Of a stretch of DNA of 64,000 nt, positions 1 through 10,200 are shown piece by piece (position 1 is the first letter of the stretch; each line of letters starts with the position of its first letter). This stretch comes from Kiritimatiellia bacterium (GTDB lineage Bacteria; Verrucomicrobiota; Kiritimatiellia; JAAZAB01). The notes under the pieces were generated by a model. The model saw nothing but the letters and a program-made list of their open reading frames with translations, did no database searches and was not told the DNA's origin. Location: assembly GCA_040767085.1 (NCBI GenBank), contig JAXGPF010000010.1, positions 128,001 to 192,000 of the forward strand, written 5' to 3'. Position numbers and translations under genes: made by a program.

Positions 1-75
1 CAGTATCAGCAGCGCCGCCAACAGCGTCACGGCGGCGGCGATGGTTTTTTGCTGCGGGGGGGTGAAAGCAATCAT
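1..75 (-). CDS. 5' end of a membrane protein running off the window (AI-2E-family-transporter-like N-terminus)
   Basis: Minus strand reads MIAFTPPQQKTIAAAVTLLAALLIL from ATG at 75 (in-frame ATGs also at 90 and 96); hydrophobic first TM segment; only 25 codons visible. Confidence 0.4.
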   Translation of the reverse strand, partial: MIAFTPPQQKTIAAAVTLLAALLIL

Positions 76-254
76 GCCGCGATCCATCATGGACATGCCG
101 GGGCGGTTGTGATATGTTGTGGCAAATTCCGTGCCGGCGTCATGCGCGGCGCGGCCAGGGGGGCCGAAATCCGGCCGCCGGCCCCGGCGCCTGCGGCCGA
201 TTCCAATGCTCACGGCAATCAATACTGCAAATCCGGCTTGAAATAAAGTAAAAT

Positions 255-1592
255 ATGCGTCCCCGCCGTTTTCATACGCCGCTGGCCTTGACCGCCGGCG
301 TTTTAATCGTGCTGATAGCGCTACTGGCGGCCGGCAGCCTGCGGCTGCTGTTTCAACTCTATGAGCGTTACCTGCGTTCGGCGGCGACTTCTTCGGCGCT
401 GCAATACGGCACGCTGCTGGCGCGCCGCCTGGCGCAGGAGGAATACCTGGCCCTGGCGCCGGTGTCGCCGGAAAGTCTGGAAGAATTCCGGCGGTTGGCG
501 GCATCGTTGCACAAGCTGGACCGCCGGCTCGAGTACGTGACGGTGCAGGAAGACGATCTGGTGCTCTATCACTGGCAGGCGCCGCTGGTTGCGGCGCCGC
601 CGGATTCCGCGGCGGGGCCGGGGGGCGGGCGGATCGTGGTCAGTCCGCGCCGGCTGCATCTTGGCGCGCGCACGGAAGACGTGCTGGATTTTTCGCGGCC
701 GCTGGGCGCGGATGACGCGGCCGGGCGCCGGCTGCGCGTGGGGTTGCAGAAGGAAATCCTGGAGCGCGAGCAGCAGGAATTGCTGGCGGCCCTGACGGCC
801 ATGTTCCGCTTTGCGATGATCATGTTGGCCGTGGCCTTCGGCGTTTGTCTCCTGGCAGTGCTGGTGTTGGTCTGGCGCGAGATGCGCTGGATTAACCGCC
901 GGGCGGTCGAGGGACACCTGGCGTTTGCCGGCGCGGTGGCCGGCGCGGTGATCCACGATTTCCGTAATCCCATGTCCGCCATGCGCCTGGATGCGCAATT
1001 GCTCGAGCAGGAAGCCGGCCGCGGGGCCGCCGCCCGGGCCGATAAGCTGGGCGAACTTGCCGGCCGGGTTGCCCGGACACTGGCGCGCATGGATGAAATC
1101 CTCCGGGAATTCCTGGCGCTTTCCTGTCCGGACCGCCCGGGGCCGGAGTTGTTCGATCTCAATGCCGCGGCGGCGGATTGCGCCGATTTGCTGAAACTGC
1201 GGTTCGAACGCGCCGATATCCGGCTGGAAACGGCATGCGCGCCTGAGAAAATGACGGTGCAGGGCAACACCACGCAATTCAAACGGGCTTTGTTGAATGT
1301 GTTGAACAATGCCGTCCAGTTTGCGCCGGCCGGCAGCCGGGTTGTGGTGCTGACCGCGCGGCATGGCCGCCAGGGGGAAGTGTCCGTTGCCGACGAGGGC
1401 CCCGGTATTCCCGCCGCCGAACGCAAGCGTGTGTTCGAAATGTATTACGGACGGCGGCCCGGCGGGACGGGCCTCGGCCTGGCGCTGGCGCGCGCCGCCG
1501 TCATGAACTGCGGCGGCCGGATTATTCTGACCGATTTGCCGGAAGGACACGGCTGCCGGGTGGTCATCCGGCTGCCGCTGGCGGATGCCTGA
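255..1592 (+). CDS. Membrane sensor histidine kinase
   Basis: Two TM helices, H-box HDFRNPM, N-box NVLNNA, G1 DEGPGI, G2 GGTGLGL. Confidence 0.93.
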   Translation: MRPRRFHTPLALTAGVLIVLIALLAAGSLRLLFQLYERYLRSAATSSALQYGTLLARRLAQEEYLALAPVSPESLEEFRRLAASLHKLDRRLEYVTVQEDDLVLYHWQAPLVAAPPDSAAGPGGGRIVVSPRRLHLGARTEDVLDFSRPLGADDAAGRRLRVGLQKEILEREQQELLAALTAMFRFAMIMLAVAFGVCLLAVLVLVWREMRWINRRAVEGHLAFAGAVAGAVIHDFRNPMSAMRLDAQLLEQEAGRGAAARADKLGELAGRVARTLARMDEILREFLALSCPDRPGPELFDLNAAAADCADLLKLRFERADIRLETACAPEKMTVQGNTTQFKRALLNVLNNAVQFAPAGSRVVVLTARHGRQGEVSVADEGPGIPAAERKRVFEMYYGRRPGGTGLGLALARAAVMNCGGRIILTDLPEGHGCRVVIRLPLADA

Positions 1593-1597
1593 CGCGA

Positions 1598-2716
1598 TTA
1601 CTCCAGCAATTCCACCGCCGCGTAGTCGGCAAGTTCACGCCCCCGCCGGGTCAGGCGCCAGCGCCCCCGGCGCCGGCGTGTCAGACCGGCGCGCGTCAAA
1701 CGCTGCAAGACCGTCTGATGTCTGGCGGTAGCCAGGCGGCAACTGACGCCTTCCGCCAGGCGCAAGCCGAAAATCAAGCGTTCCGTGCGGGCGAGCGCCG
1801 GCGTGAGCTGCTCGGATTCCCGCGGCGGTGTCCCGCCGTTTTCCAATGCCGCCAGGTAGGCGGGCAGGTCGGGACGGTTTTGCCAGCGGGTCCGGTTGAC
1901 ATGCGAAGCCGCGGCCGGTCCGAAGCCGAGGTACTGTTTCCCGCGCCAGCAATCCAGGTTATGGCGGCAGGCGCGGCCGGGGCGGGCGTAGTTGGAAATC
2001 TCATAGCGCGCAAAGCCCGCGCGGCGCAGGATTTTTTCGGCCGTATCCAGGGCCGCCAGTTGGGCATCGGCGTCCGGGAGCCGGACGGCATGGCGGCCGG
2101 CCAGTTGGGCCAGGCGCGTGCCTTCCTCCATGGTCAGGGCATAAACGGATAGATGCGCCGGCTGCAGGTCCAGCGCGCTATGCAGGCTCATCCGCCAATC
2201 GCGCGGCGCAGAGCCGGGAATCCCGGCCAGAAGGTCGAGATTGAAATTGACGATGCCGGCGGCGCGGATGGCCGCCGCGGCGCGCGCAATGTCGGCCGCG
2301 CCATGCCGCCGCCCAAGCAGTTGCAGTTCATGGTCGTGGAACGATTGTGCGCCCAGGCTGATGCGGTTGACACCGGCGGCGGCCATCCGGCGCAGCCCCG
2401 CGGGCGTGATGGAGCCGGGATTGGTTTCCACGCTCCATTCCGCGCCGGCGGATATGCTGAAAGTCGCACGCAGCAAACCGGCCAACTCGTCCCACTGGGC
2501 GGGCGGCAGCAGGGAGGGCGTGCCGCCGCCGATGTAAATCGTTTGCAGGCGCGCGCCGCGCCAGGGCTGCATTTCGCGCGCCAGGGCCCGGAGCCAGCGC
2601 GCGGCGGTTGCACGGGCGTAGGGCACGGAATAAAAAGCGCAGTAATGGCACTTGCCATCGCAAAATGGTACGTGCACATAAGCGCCGCGGACGGCTTCAA
2701 GCGCTGCGGAGGGCAT
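1598..2716 (-). CDS. hemW: Radical SAM heme chaperone HemW (HemN-like)
   Basis: YVHVPFCDGKCHYCAF CxxxCxxC motif, IYIGGGTPS, RISLGAQSF, YEISNYA...HNL. Confidence 0.9.
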   Translation of the reverse strand: MPSAALEAVRGAYVHVPFCDGKCHYCAFYSVPYARATAARWLRALAREMQPWRGARLQTIYIGGGTPSLLPPAQWDELAGLLRATFSISAGAEWSVETNPGSITPAGLRRMAAAGVNRISLGAQSFHDHELQLLGRRHGAADIARAAAAIRAAGIVNFNLDLLAGIPGSAPRDWRMSLHSALDLQPAHLSVYALTMEEGTRLAQLAGRHAVRLPDADAQLAALDTAEKILRRAGFARYEISNYARPGRACRHNLDCWRGKQYLGFGPAAASHVNRTRWQNRPDLPAYLAALENGGTPPRESEQLTPALARTERLIFGLRLAEGVSCRLATARHQTVLQRLTRAGLTRRRRGRWRLTRRGRELADYAAVELLE

Positions 2717-3536
2717 CCAATTGCTCCAGCACGGTTTCCGGAATCCTGGTTTCGCCGAATCCAGAACCGAGCTTGATATCCGGCATCGGCGCGCCGTGGA
2801 AATCAGTGCCGCCCGTCATTGCCAGGTTGAGTTCCCGGGCCAGCGCCTGGTATTGTTTCATTTGGCGGGCATTCTGCTGGGGATAGTAAACCTCGATGCC
2901 CTGCAACCCGTAGCCGGCAAGTTCGGCGACCTGTTTGGCGAGGGCCGGCTTGCCCAGGTTGAGAGTGAAGGGATGCGCCAAAACCGGGATGCCGCCGGCC
3001 CGGCGGATTAATTCAATGCAATCGCGCGGCGAAAGGCGGAGGCGGTCGGCATAGCCTTTGCGGCCCTTGCCGAGGTAGCGGTCAAACGCCTCCTGGCGGG
3101 TGGGGACGTACCCGCGGGCCACAAGCGCCTGGGCAAAATGCAGCCGGCCGATGTTATCTCCGCCGGCGTAGGCGGCGACTTCCGGCATGGTAAGCGCCAG
3201 CCCCATATCGTTGATATGTTTGAGAATTTCCGCGTTGCGCGCCACCCGCCCGGCCCGGATTTCCCGCAGGCGCGCCGTGAGTTCCGGGTGCTGCAGGTCA
3301 ATGAAATAACCGAGCACGTGCATTGTGCTGTCCTTGAATTCCGCGCTTAATTCCACCCCGGGCACGCCGCGGACTTGCGCGGCGCGGCAGGCATCGAGGA
3401 AACGCGGCACGCCTTCGATGCTGTCATGATCGGTGAGGGCAACGGCGGAGAGGCTGGCGAAGGCGGCTTCCTGAGCCAGTTGCTCGGGAGTAAAGCTGCC
3501 GTCGGAAAAGGTGGAATGGGTGTGGAGATCAATCAT
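2697..3536 (-). CDS. PHP-domain phosphoesterase (TrpH/YciV-like)
   Basis: IDLHTHSTFSDG, LTDHD, GVELS, LAHP, GGTDFHG motifs. Confidence 0.92.
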   Translation of the reverse strand: MIDLHTHSTFSDGSFTPEQLAQEAAFASLSAVALTDHDSIEGVPRFLDACRAAQVRGVPGVELSAEFKDSTMHVLGYFIDLQHPELTARLREIRAGRVARNAEILKHINDMGLALTMPEVAAYAGGDNIGRLHFAQALVARGYVPTRQEAFDRYLGKGRKGYADRLRLSPRDCIELIRRAGGIPVLAHPFTLNLGKPALAKQVAELAGYGLQGIEVYYPQQNARQMKQYQALARELNLAMTGGTDFHGAPMPDIKLGSGFGETRIPETVLEQLDALRSA

Positions 3537-3677
3537 GGTGTCCCGGTTTCATGGCCGCGCGCAGTTATACCGCCGGTCAGGGCGGAAATGGATCAAACTG
3601 ATATTCTGCCGGAAATTATCCGGAAAACAAGCAAATTCGCCCGGTAAACTTGATCGGCCTTGTCCGGCAATCCGGGG

Positions 3678-3789
3678 CTGCGTCATTCTCGGCGGCTCGC
3701 CCGGAGGTCTCGCCCTACCCACGACAAATGCTTGTGAAACGGTAGGGCGAGGTCTCCGTACCGAGCCGTCTGTTCTGAGAATGACGCAG
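3678..3789. repeat. REPIN-like inverted repeat (GTAG-type REP pair)
   Basis: CTGCGTCATTCTC 3678-3690 pairs perfectly with 3777-3789; inner arms GGCGGCTCG..CTCGCCCTACC (3691-3719) and GGTAGGGCGAG..CGAGCCGTC (3741-3770). Confidence 0.75.
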
Positions 3790-3906
3790 TCCGCCAATCC
3801 GGCAAGCCCGAAATATATGCTTGAGTTTGCAGCAGTTTGGAATTAGTATTATAACATTTCAAGTCAAGTGAATGGTCGGGTGTTTGCAATTGACGGCTCT
3901 ACCAAT

Positions 3907-4977
3907 ATGAACAACCGGAAACGAATTCCCGCGCACCTGCAGATCCGCACAACCCTGAAGGAGGAAATCCTCGACGGCAAGCATGTGGAGCTTTCGGAAA
4001 GCCTGGTGATCCACCGGTTCAGGGTGTCCAGCGCGACGGCCCGGCGGGTGTTGAATGACTTGGCCCTGGAAGGTTTGTTGTCGCGCCAGGTCGGCCGGGG
4101 CAGCATTGTGCGGCAGCCGCAGGACCGGGACTTCCGGGAGTATGGCGTGGTTTTTTTTGACGTTTTCGATCCGCACGATTTGTTCATTGCCGAGATTGTC
4201 CAGGGGATTGAAGAACGGGCCCGCCCGAAAAAGCACCATTTACACCTGTTCACCACGCGCGGCCGCCAGTTGGATGGCAACGGAATGTCTTCCTTGCCCT
4301 ACCTCGTGACGAGCCGCAAGATCAACGGCATTTTTGTCTTGTCGCCCCTGGACGCCGATGCCATCCGGTTTTTCCTGGATGAACGCCTGCCTTGCGTTTG
4401 CGTCGGCAATCATTATCCCGGTTTGCGGGCGCCGTCGGTGCTGTTTGACAGCCGCCAGGCGATGCTGGATGTATGCCGCCGTCTGTCGCAGGATGGGGCG
4501 CGGCGCATTGCGGCCATCGTGCGGTGTAATCCGCAGCCGGATGTCGAGCGCACCTGCGATTTTATCGCGCGCGCATATTATGAATACTATGCCGAGTGCA
4601 AAATACGCCCGGAAGTGGCCTGGTGGCAGGCGTTGGCGGATGAGCCCGGCGCGGCTTTGAGCGCGATGCGCGCCCTGTCCAATTTGCCGGCGGCGCAGCG
4701 TCCGCAAGCCCTGGTGGTGCATGGGCTGAATTTATCGGCCGGGGTGGCCGAGTTCCTGGCGCACAGCCGCGATTGGCAGCCCGTTCAGGTGCATTTTACC
4801 GACCGGCGGGAACATTATCCCAATCTGATCACCGCGCCCTATCGCGAAGAAGGCAGGGCGGCTTTCGATTTGATGGAGGATATGTTGGTCCGTCCCCGCC
4901 AGCGGACGGCGGCCGCGCCGGTGTTATTGCCGATGGACATTCACTGGCAAGTGGCCGCCGGCGCCGCCGTGGGATGA
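3907..4977 (+). CDS. GntR-HTH / LacI-type sugar-binding-domain transcriptional regulator
   Basis: N-terminal wHTH (SESLVIHRFRVSSATARRVLNDLALEGLLSRQVGRGS) followed by a periplasmic-binding-like domain; start taken at MNNRKR. Confidence 0.85.
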   Translation: MNNRKRIPAHLQIRTTLKEEILDGKHVELSESLVIHRFRVSSATARRVLNDLALEGLLSRQVGRGSIVRQPQDRDFREYGVVFFDVFDPHDLFIAEIVQGIEERARPKKHHLHLFTTRGRQLDGNGMSSLPYLVTSRKINGIFVLSPLDADAIRFFLDERLPCVCVGNHYPGLRAPSVLFDSRQAMLDVCRRLSQDGARRIAAIVRCNPQPDVERTCDFIARAYYEYYAECKIRPEVAWWQALADEPGAALSAMRALSNLPAAQRPQALVVHGLNLSAGVAEFLAHSRDWQPVQVHFTDRREHYPNLITAPYREEGRAAFDLMEDMLVRPRQRTAAAPVLLPMDIHWQVAAGAAVG

Positions 4978-6015
4978 GTCCGCCGGCGCCGCGGCCAGAC
5001 GCCGATCGGCCGGCGGTTGGCCATCCTGGCGGTTGCATTCGGCGCAGGGATTAACTTCAATGCTGACGTGGCGCAGGTCCGGAAAGGTCAGCAGCCGGGC
5101 GCGGTAGTCGGCGGGAGCGCGCGCCTGGCCGGAAACCAGGCTGATAATGGCCGCCTGTTCCGCGGCGCCGACGCGCCAGACATGCAGGTCGGTGACGATG
5201 CTGTCGCCGTCGCTTTCGATGGCGCGGCGGATGCACTCCGTCTCAGCGGGATCCAGGTCGCTGTCGGTGAGAATCCGGCCCGTATCCAGGGCCAGGCTCC
5301 AGGCCCAGCGCAGGATGATGGCGCCGCCCACCAGGCCCATCAGCGGGTCGGCCCGAAGCCAACCCCATTGCCGCGCCGTCAGCAAAGCGGCGATGGCCAG
5401 CACGGAGGTCAGGGCGTCGGCCAGGACGTGGAAATATGCTGCGCGCAGGTTGTGATCGCGGGGCGGGTGGAGGTCGTGATTGTGCGGATGGCCGCCCGGA
5501 CCGTCCGGCCGGCCCAGCAGCCAGGCGCTGGCTATATTCACGGCCAGCCCGATTAGGGCGACCGCCAGCGCTTCGTTGAACCGGATTGGCGTGGGGGAAA
5601 GCAGGCGCAGCGTCGACTCCCAGAACATCAGCAAGGCGGCGCCGCCAAGGATGATGGAACTGCCGAAAGCGGTCAGGATGCCGACTTTGCCGGTGCCGAA
5701 GGTGAACCGCGGATTGCGGGCTTGGCGGCGGGCAAAGGCAAACGACGCCCAGGCAATGCCCAATGCCGCTGCATGCGTGCCCATGTGCCAGCCGTCGGCC
5801 AGCAGCGCCATCGAGCCGGTGGCCCAGCCCGCGGCGATTTCCACGGCCATCGCGGCAATTGTCAGGCCGGTAACCCAGGCCGTGCGGCGCTCGCCCTCGC
5901 GCTGAACAGCGCTGAAGGCATGCGAATGAATCAGTTCGGCCACCGCGTGGGAGTGGCGCCGGCGTTGGCCGCGGGGCGTGTCGGACTGGGCCGTCTTGGT
6001 TGGCGGGAGTTCCAT
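4924..6015 (-). CDS. dmeF: CDF family Co(II)/Ni(II) efflux transporter, DmeF-like
   Basis: SMALLADGWHMGTHA, RFTFGTGKV, His-rich loop, DHNLRAAYFHVLADALTS, DLHVWRVG. Confidence 0.9.
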   Translation of the reverse strand: MELPPTKTAQSDTPRGQRRRHSHAVAELIHSHAFSAVQREGERRTAWVTGLTIAAMAVEIAAGWATGSMALLADGWHMGTHAAALGIAWASFAFARRQARNPRFTFGTGKVGILTAFGSSIILGGAALLMFWESTLRLLSPTPIRFNEALAVALIGLAVNIASAWLLGRPDGPGGHPHNHDLHPPRDHNLRAAYFHVLADALTSVLAIAALLTARQWGWLRADPLMGLVGGAIILRWAWSLALDTGRILTDSDLDPAETECIRRAIESDGDSIVTDLHVWRVGAAEQAAIISLVSGQARAPADYRARLLTFPDLRHVSIEVNPCAECNRQDGQPPADRRLAAAPADSSHGGAGGHLPVNVHRQ

Positions 6016-6165
6016 CGTGCAGTCAATATAGCGGATTACCGGCTGAAAGCAAGCGCATTGCCGCCGCTCCCTTCAGCATGCGCCAGGCAGAATTTCAATG
6101 GACATGATTAGATGGATCGCGGTATATTCCACGGATAAGGAATATCTTTTTATCGGAGGGTTGTA

Positions 6166-7203
6166 ATGAATCGCCGCGAGCGTTTTTTGGCCGCGATCGA
6201 GCGGCGGCCGCTGGACCGCCCGCCCGCCTGGCTGGGCTTGCCCGTGCCGGACGCCCTGCCGGGGCTGCTGGCGTATTTCAAGGCCGGGGATTTGGTCGAA
6301 TTGAAGCGAATCCTGGATGACGATGTGTTTCCGGTGGAGGTGCCTTACAATAATCCGCCGGCCAACCACATTGCCTGTGCGTTCGATTTTGCCGCCGGCG
6401 CGCCTGGCGCGGGCACTACCGACGAACGCACCCTGACTGCCCCGGGTTTTTTTGCCGGCTGCTCGACGCCGGCGGATGTCCGCAAATTCGACTGGCCCGA
6501 TCCGAAACGGCACATTGATCCGGATGCCTGCCGCCGGGCCATGGATGCCGTGCCCGCCGGGTACGCCACCCTGGGCATGCTGTGGTCGGCCCATTTCCAG
6601 GATGCCTGCGCGGCCTTCGGCATGGCGGAGTCGTTTGTCAAGATGATTACCGAGCCGGCAGTTTACCGGGCCGTGATTGACCGGATTACCGCGTTTTACC
6701 TGGACGCCAATGAAATCTTTTACAAGGCGGCGGGCGACCGCCTGGATGCCGTATTGATCGGCAACGATTTCGGCACGCAGCGCGGATTGATGGTCGCCCC
6801 GGACCAATTGCGGGAATTCGTCCTGCCCGGCGTCAGGCAATTGGTTGCGCAGGCCAGGAGCCACGGAATCAAGGTCATCCACCATTCCTGCGGCTCGGTG
6901 TTCGAGATCATCCCGGACTTGATTGCCGCGGGGGTGGACGCCATTCATCCCATGCAGGCGCTGGCGCGGAACATGCAGCCGGAGTTGCTGGCCCGCCGGT
7001 TCGGCGGCCAGGTGTCATTCTGCGGCGGCGTGGATGTGCAGGAATTGCTGGTGCGCGCCGGGCCCGGGGAAGTCGCGGCGGCTGTGCGCAATTTGCGCCG
7101 CCTGTTTCCGACCGGTTTGATAATATCGCCGAGCCATGAAGCCGTTTTACCGGACGTCAAACCGGAGAATTTGGCGGCGATGTTTGCCGCGGTCCGCAAT
7201 TGA
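6166..7203 (+). CDS. Uroporphyrinogen-decarboxylase/MtaA-like TIM-barrel family protein
   Basis: MNRRERFLAAI..DRPP start, GNDFGTQRGLM, HHSCGS, FCGGVDVQ, IISPSH. Confidence 0.88.
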   Translation: MNRRERFLAAIERRPLDRPPAWLGLPVPDALPGLLAYFKAGDLVELKRILDDDVFPVEVPYNNPPANHIACAFDFAAGAPGAGTTDERTLTAPGFFAGCSTPADVRKFDWPDPKRHIDPDACRRAMDAVPAGYATLGMLWSAHFQDACAAFGMAESFVKMITEPAVYRAVIDRITAFYLDANEIFYKAAGDRLDAVLIGNDFGTQRGLMVAPDQLREFVLPGVRQLVAQARSHGIKVIHHSCGSVFEIIPDLIAAGVDAIHPMQALARNMQPELLARRFGGQVSFCGGVDVQELLVRAGPGEVAAAVRNLRRLFPTGLIISPSHEAVLPDVKPENLAAMFAAVRN

Positions 7204-7275
7204 AACCGAACCTGAACCAGGGAGATTGATCGGATGACAAGAAAGAATGAAACTGCCGGCGCCAGTGCCGACATC

Positions 7276-10200
7276 ATGAAATTGCTCCATTATGCCGTTT
7301 GCGGATTGGCGCTGCTGGCCCGGCCGGGATTTGCCGGTGCGGAAGAAGCCGCCGGATCGCTGCGCTTCGATTTCAACCCGGCGCATGTCGTCCGGCCGCA
7401 AAAGGACGCAGGTCCGCAACTGTTTACGCTGGCGATCGAAAAATGTCCGGCTGCTCCCAGAATTGACGGAGCGCCGGATGATCCCTGCTGGGCCGCTGCC
7501 GCGGAATTGACGGATTTCGGCATTCCCGAGCCGCCCACGCGCGCCCGGATTTGTTATGACGACCGGGCGCTTTACTGCTTTGTGCGCTGCGAAGCGCAAA
7601 AGGGCCGCGCGCCGCGGGGCGAGCCGCGCGCGCGGGACGCCGGAATGCGCCAGGATGACAACATCCATATCGTGGTCAGCCCCGGCGTCGGTGCGGACAA
7701 GGAACATTTCTTCCGGATCAATCCCGCCGGATCGATTTACGATGCGCGCATGGGCGACGAGTCGTGGAATCCGGAGTGGGCACAGGCGGTGCAACGCGAT
7801 TCATCCGGCTGGCAGGCGGAGGTCGCAATTCCATTTGCTGCGCTGGGCCTGGGCGCGCCGCCTCCGTCGCTTGGGTTTAATATCGGACGCAGCGGGCCGG
7901 ATTTGATGATGCGCGCCTGGTATATTACCTTGCATTCCTCCGCCGCCGGCAGCGCCTTGATCCTCAAGGGCGCGGGGCCGGACACCGCGGCGGACGCGGC
8001 AGGCGCCCAAGCGGTTCAAACGAGCGCTGATCTGACGGCGGAAGGCGCGGGATTAGCCGTGGTCTTGCCGCGGTCATTCGCGCGGCCGCAGGATCGCTGG
8101 ATTGATGCCGTTCTGCAGCTTGCGCCCGGCGGCGCGTTGAAGGATACCCGGTTGACGGCCAGCCTGTTCGCGTTGGGCGGCCGCGAGCCGCTGGCGACCG
8201 CGTCCATTGTGCCGGAGCATGACTGCGGCTTGTTTTCGGTCGATCTGCGCCGCCATAATCTCGCGGACGCCGAAGTCAAGCTGGAATATACGATCGGTGA
8301 ACGGCGGCTGGGGCTGGCCAAGATGTTTTTAACCGCGCAGGCCGCCGAAATTTTGCCGGCCGGCCGCAAAATTCCCGTTCAGCTTGACCTGCCCGCGGGC
8401 CTGGAACCTGTGGAGGGCTGGCCGGTGGTGTTGGGTGTGCCGTTTCCGCGCGGCGCCCTGTGGGATGCCGGCAAACTGCGCCTGGTGGACGACGCCGGGG
8501 CCGAAATCCCGTGTCAGAAAGAAATTGTCAGCCGGTGGGCGCGCGAAGGCTCGGTACAATGGGTGCGGTTCGACGCATTGGTGAATTCCGGCCAAGGTTG
8601 CTGGGTGGAAACATCCGCGTCCGGCAAGGTGCCGGCGCAGCCGGTATCCGTGCGGGAAGCTGCCGGGCAATGGATCATTGAGACCGGCGCGGCAAAATAC
8701 GTGCTGGCGCGAGGCGCATCGCCCGTTGCCGAAATATGGTCGGACGGGCGCAAGATCGCCGCCAGCGCCGGAACCCGCGGGTTATTCGTTATTGACCAAA
8801 ACGGGCAGGTCGCCAGCGCGGCGGCGGAAGGCGAAACCGTGGCGGTGGAGGCGGCCGGGCCGGCGGCGGCCTGCGTGCGTTTCGAGGGTTTTTACCGCAC
8901 AGTGGATGGCGTCAACCTGGCGCGTCACATTACCCGGGTGGAAGCGTTTGCCGGCCAGCCGTTCGCGCGCGTTACCCATACCCTGGTTTTGAGCGAAGAC
9001 ACGCGCAAGGTGTGGTTCCGCGAAGCGGGCTGGGAGTTTGCCGTCGCGCCCGGCGCCGATCCGCGGGCGGTGTTCAATATTGACCGGGAAGATTCCAGCC
9101 GCGTCGCGGAGCAGCGCCTTGCCGGCGCCGCTTCGGCCTACATGCTGCAAGGCGAGCATGAACGATATGGCGCCGGCACCAACCGGTTTGTCGTGGCCGC
9201 GGGCAATCAAATCCTGGCTGAAGGCGCGGAATGCGGCGACTGGGCGATGCTGGCCGGGGAAGCCGGCGGCTTGTTGGCGGCATGCAAGGAAGCCGCCCGG
9301 CAGCATCCGAAAGAGTTTGAAATGCATGCCGATCGCCTGGCGGTCAAATTGTTCAGCAGCCGCGCGGGCGAGGAATTGGAATTTGCGCCGGCGAAGCTGG
9401 CGCAAAAGTGGAATCTGCAAGGCGACATTGCGGCAGCCGTGAATGCGGTGGAAACGGATGCCGCCGGCTGGTCCAAGACACACGAACTGATGCTGGCCCC
9501 CTTGCCGCCAACCGGGGCGGTTGACCGGGCGGCGTTGCTGGCGCGGCTGCATTCTCAGCCGGTTTTCGCGCTGGTGGATCCGGAATGGATACATCAGAGC
9601 GGCGCCATGGGGCCGCTACACCCTCGGGATACCCGGCGATTCCCCGCGGCCGAAAAAGCGATCGAGTATGTTTTTGGGATTTGGAGCCGCTTCGGGCATG
9701 AACCCGGCCATTACGGTTTTGTGGATTACTTTGCCGGGCCCACTTACAATGGCAGCTCCGGTCCCTGCAGCGCCCAGCGTTATCGTTTTACATACGGACT
9801 GCGTTCAAGCATCTGGCTGGTTTACGCCCGATCGGGCGACCGCGCGGCGCGGATTTTTGCCGAGGGCTCCAACAAGGCCTACCTGGATAATTATCTCGCC
9901 CATTGGGACGTGCCCGGCAAAGTGCGCGGCATCTTCACCGCCAGCGGCGGCAAGCCGTTCGCCCAATTGCCTTTCTACTGGGGCAAGGGCAGCAGTTTCA
10001 ATATCAGCAGTTCCACCGATTTGAATCAATTCTTATGGCTGTATTACCTGACCGGTTACCGCCGGGCCAAGGATGCCGTGGCGGAATTCGGCGAGGGCCT
10101 GAAACGCGGCTGGCAGCCCGGGAGGCGGGATTGGCGGCCGTTGATGGTCTTCCGGACGCTGACCCAATGTTACGGATTTACGTGGGATCCGCGGTTGCGC

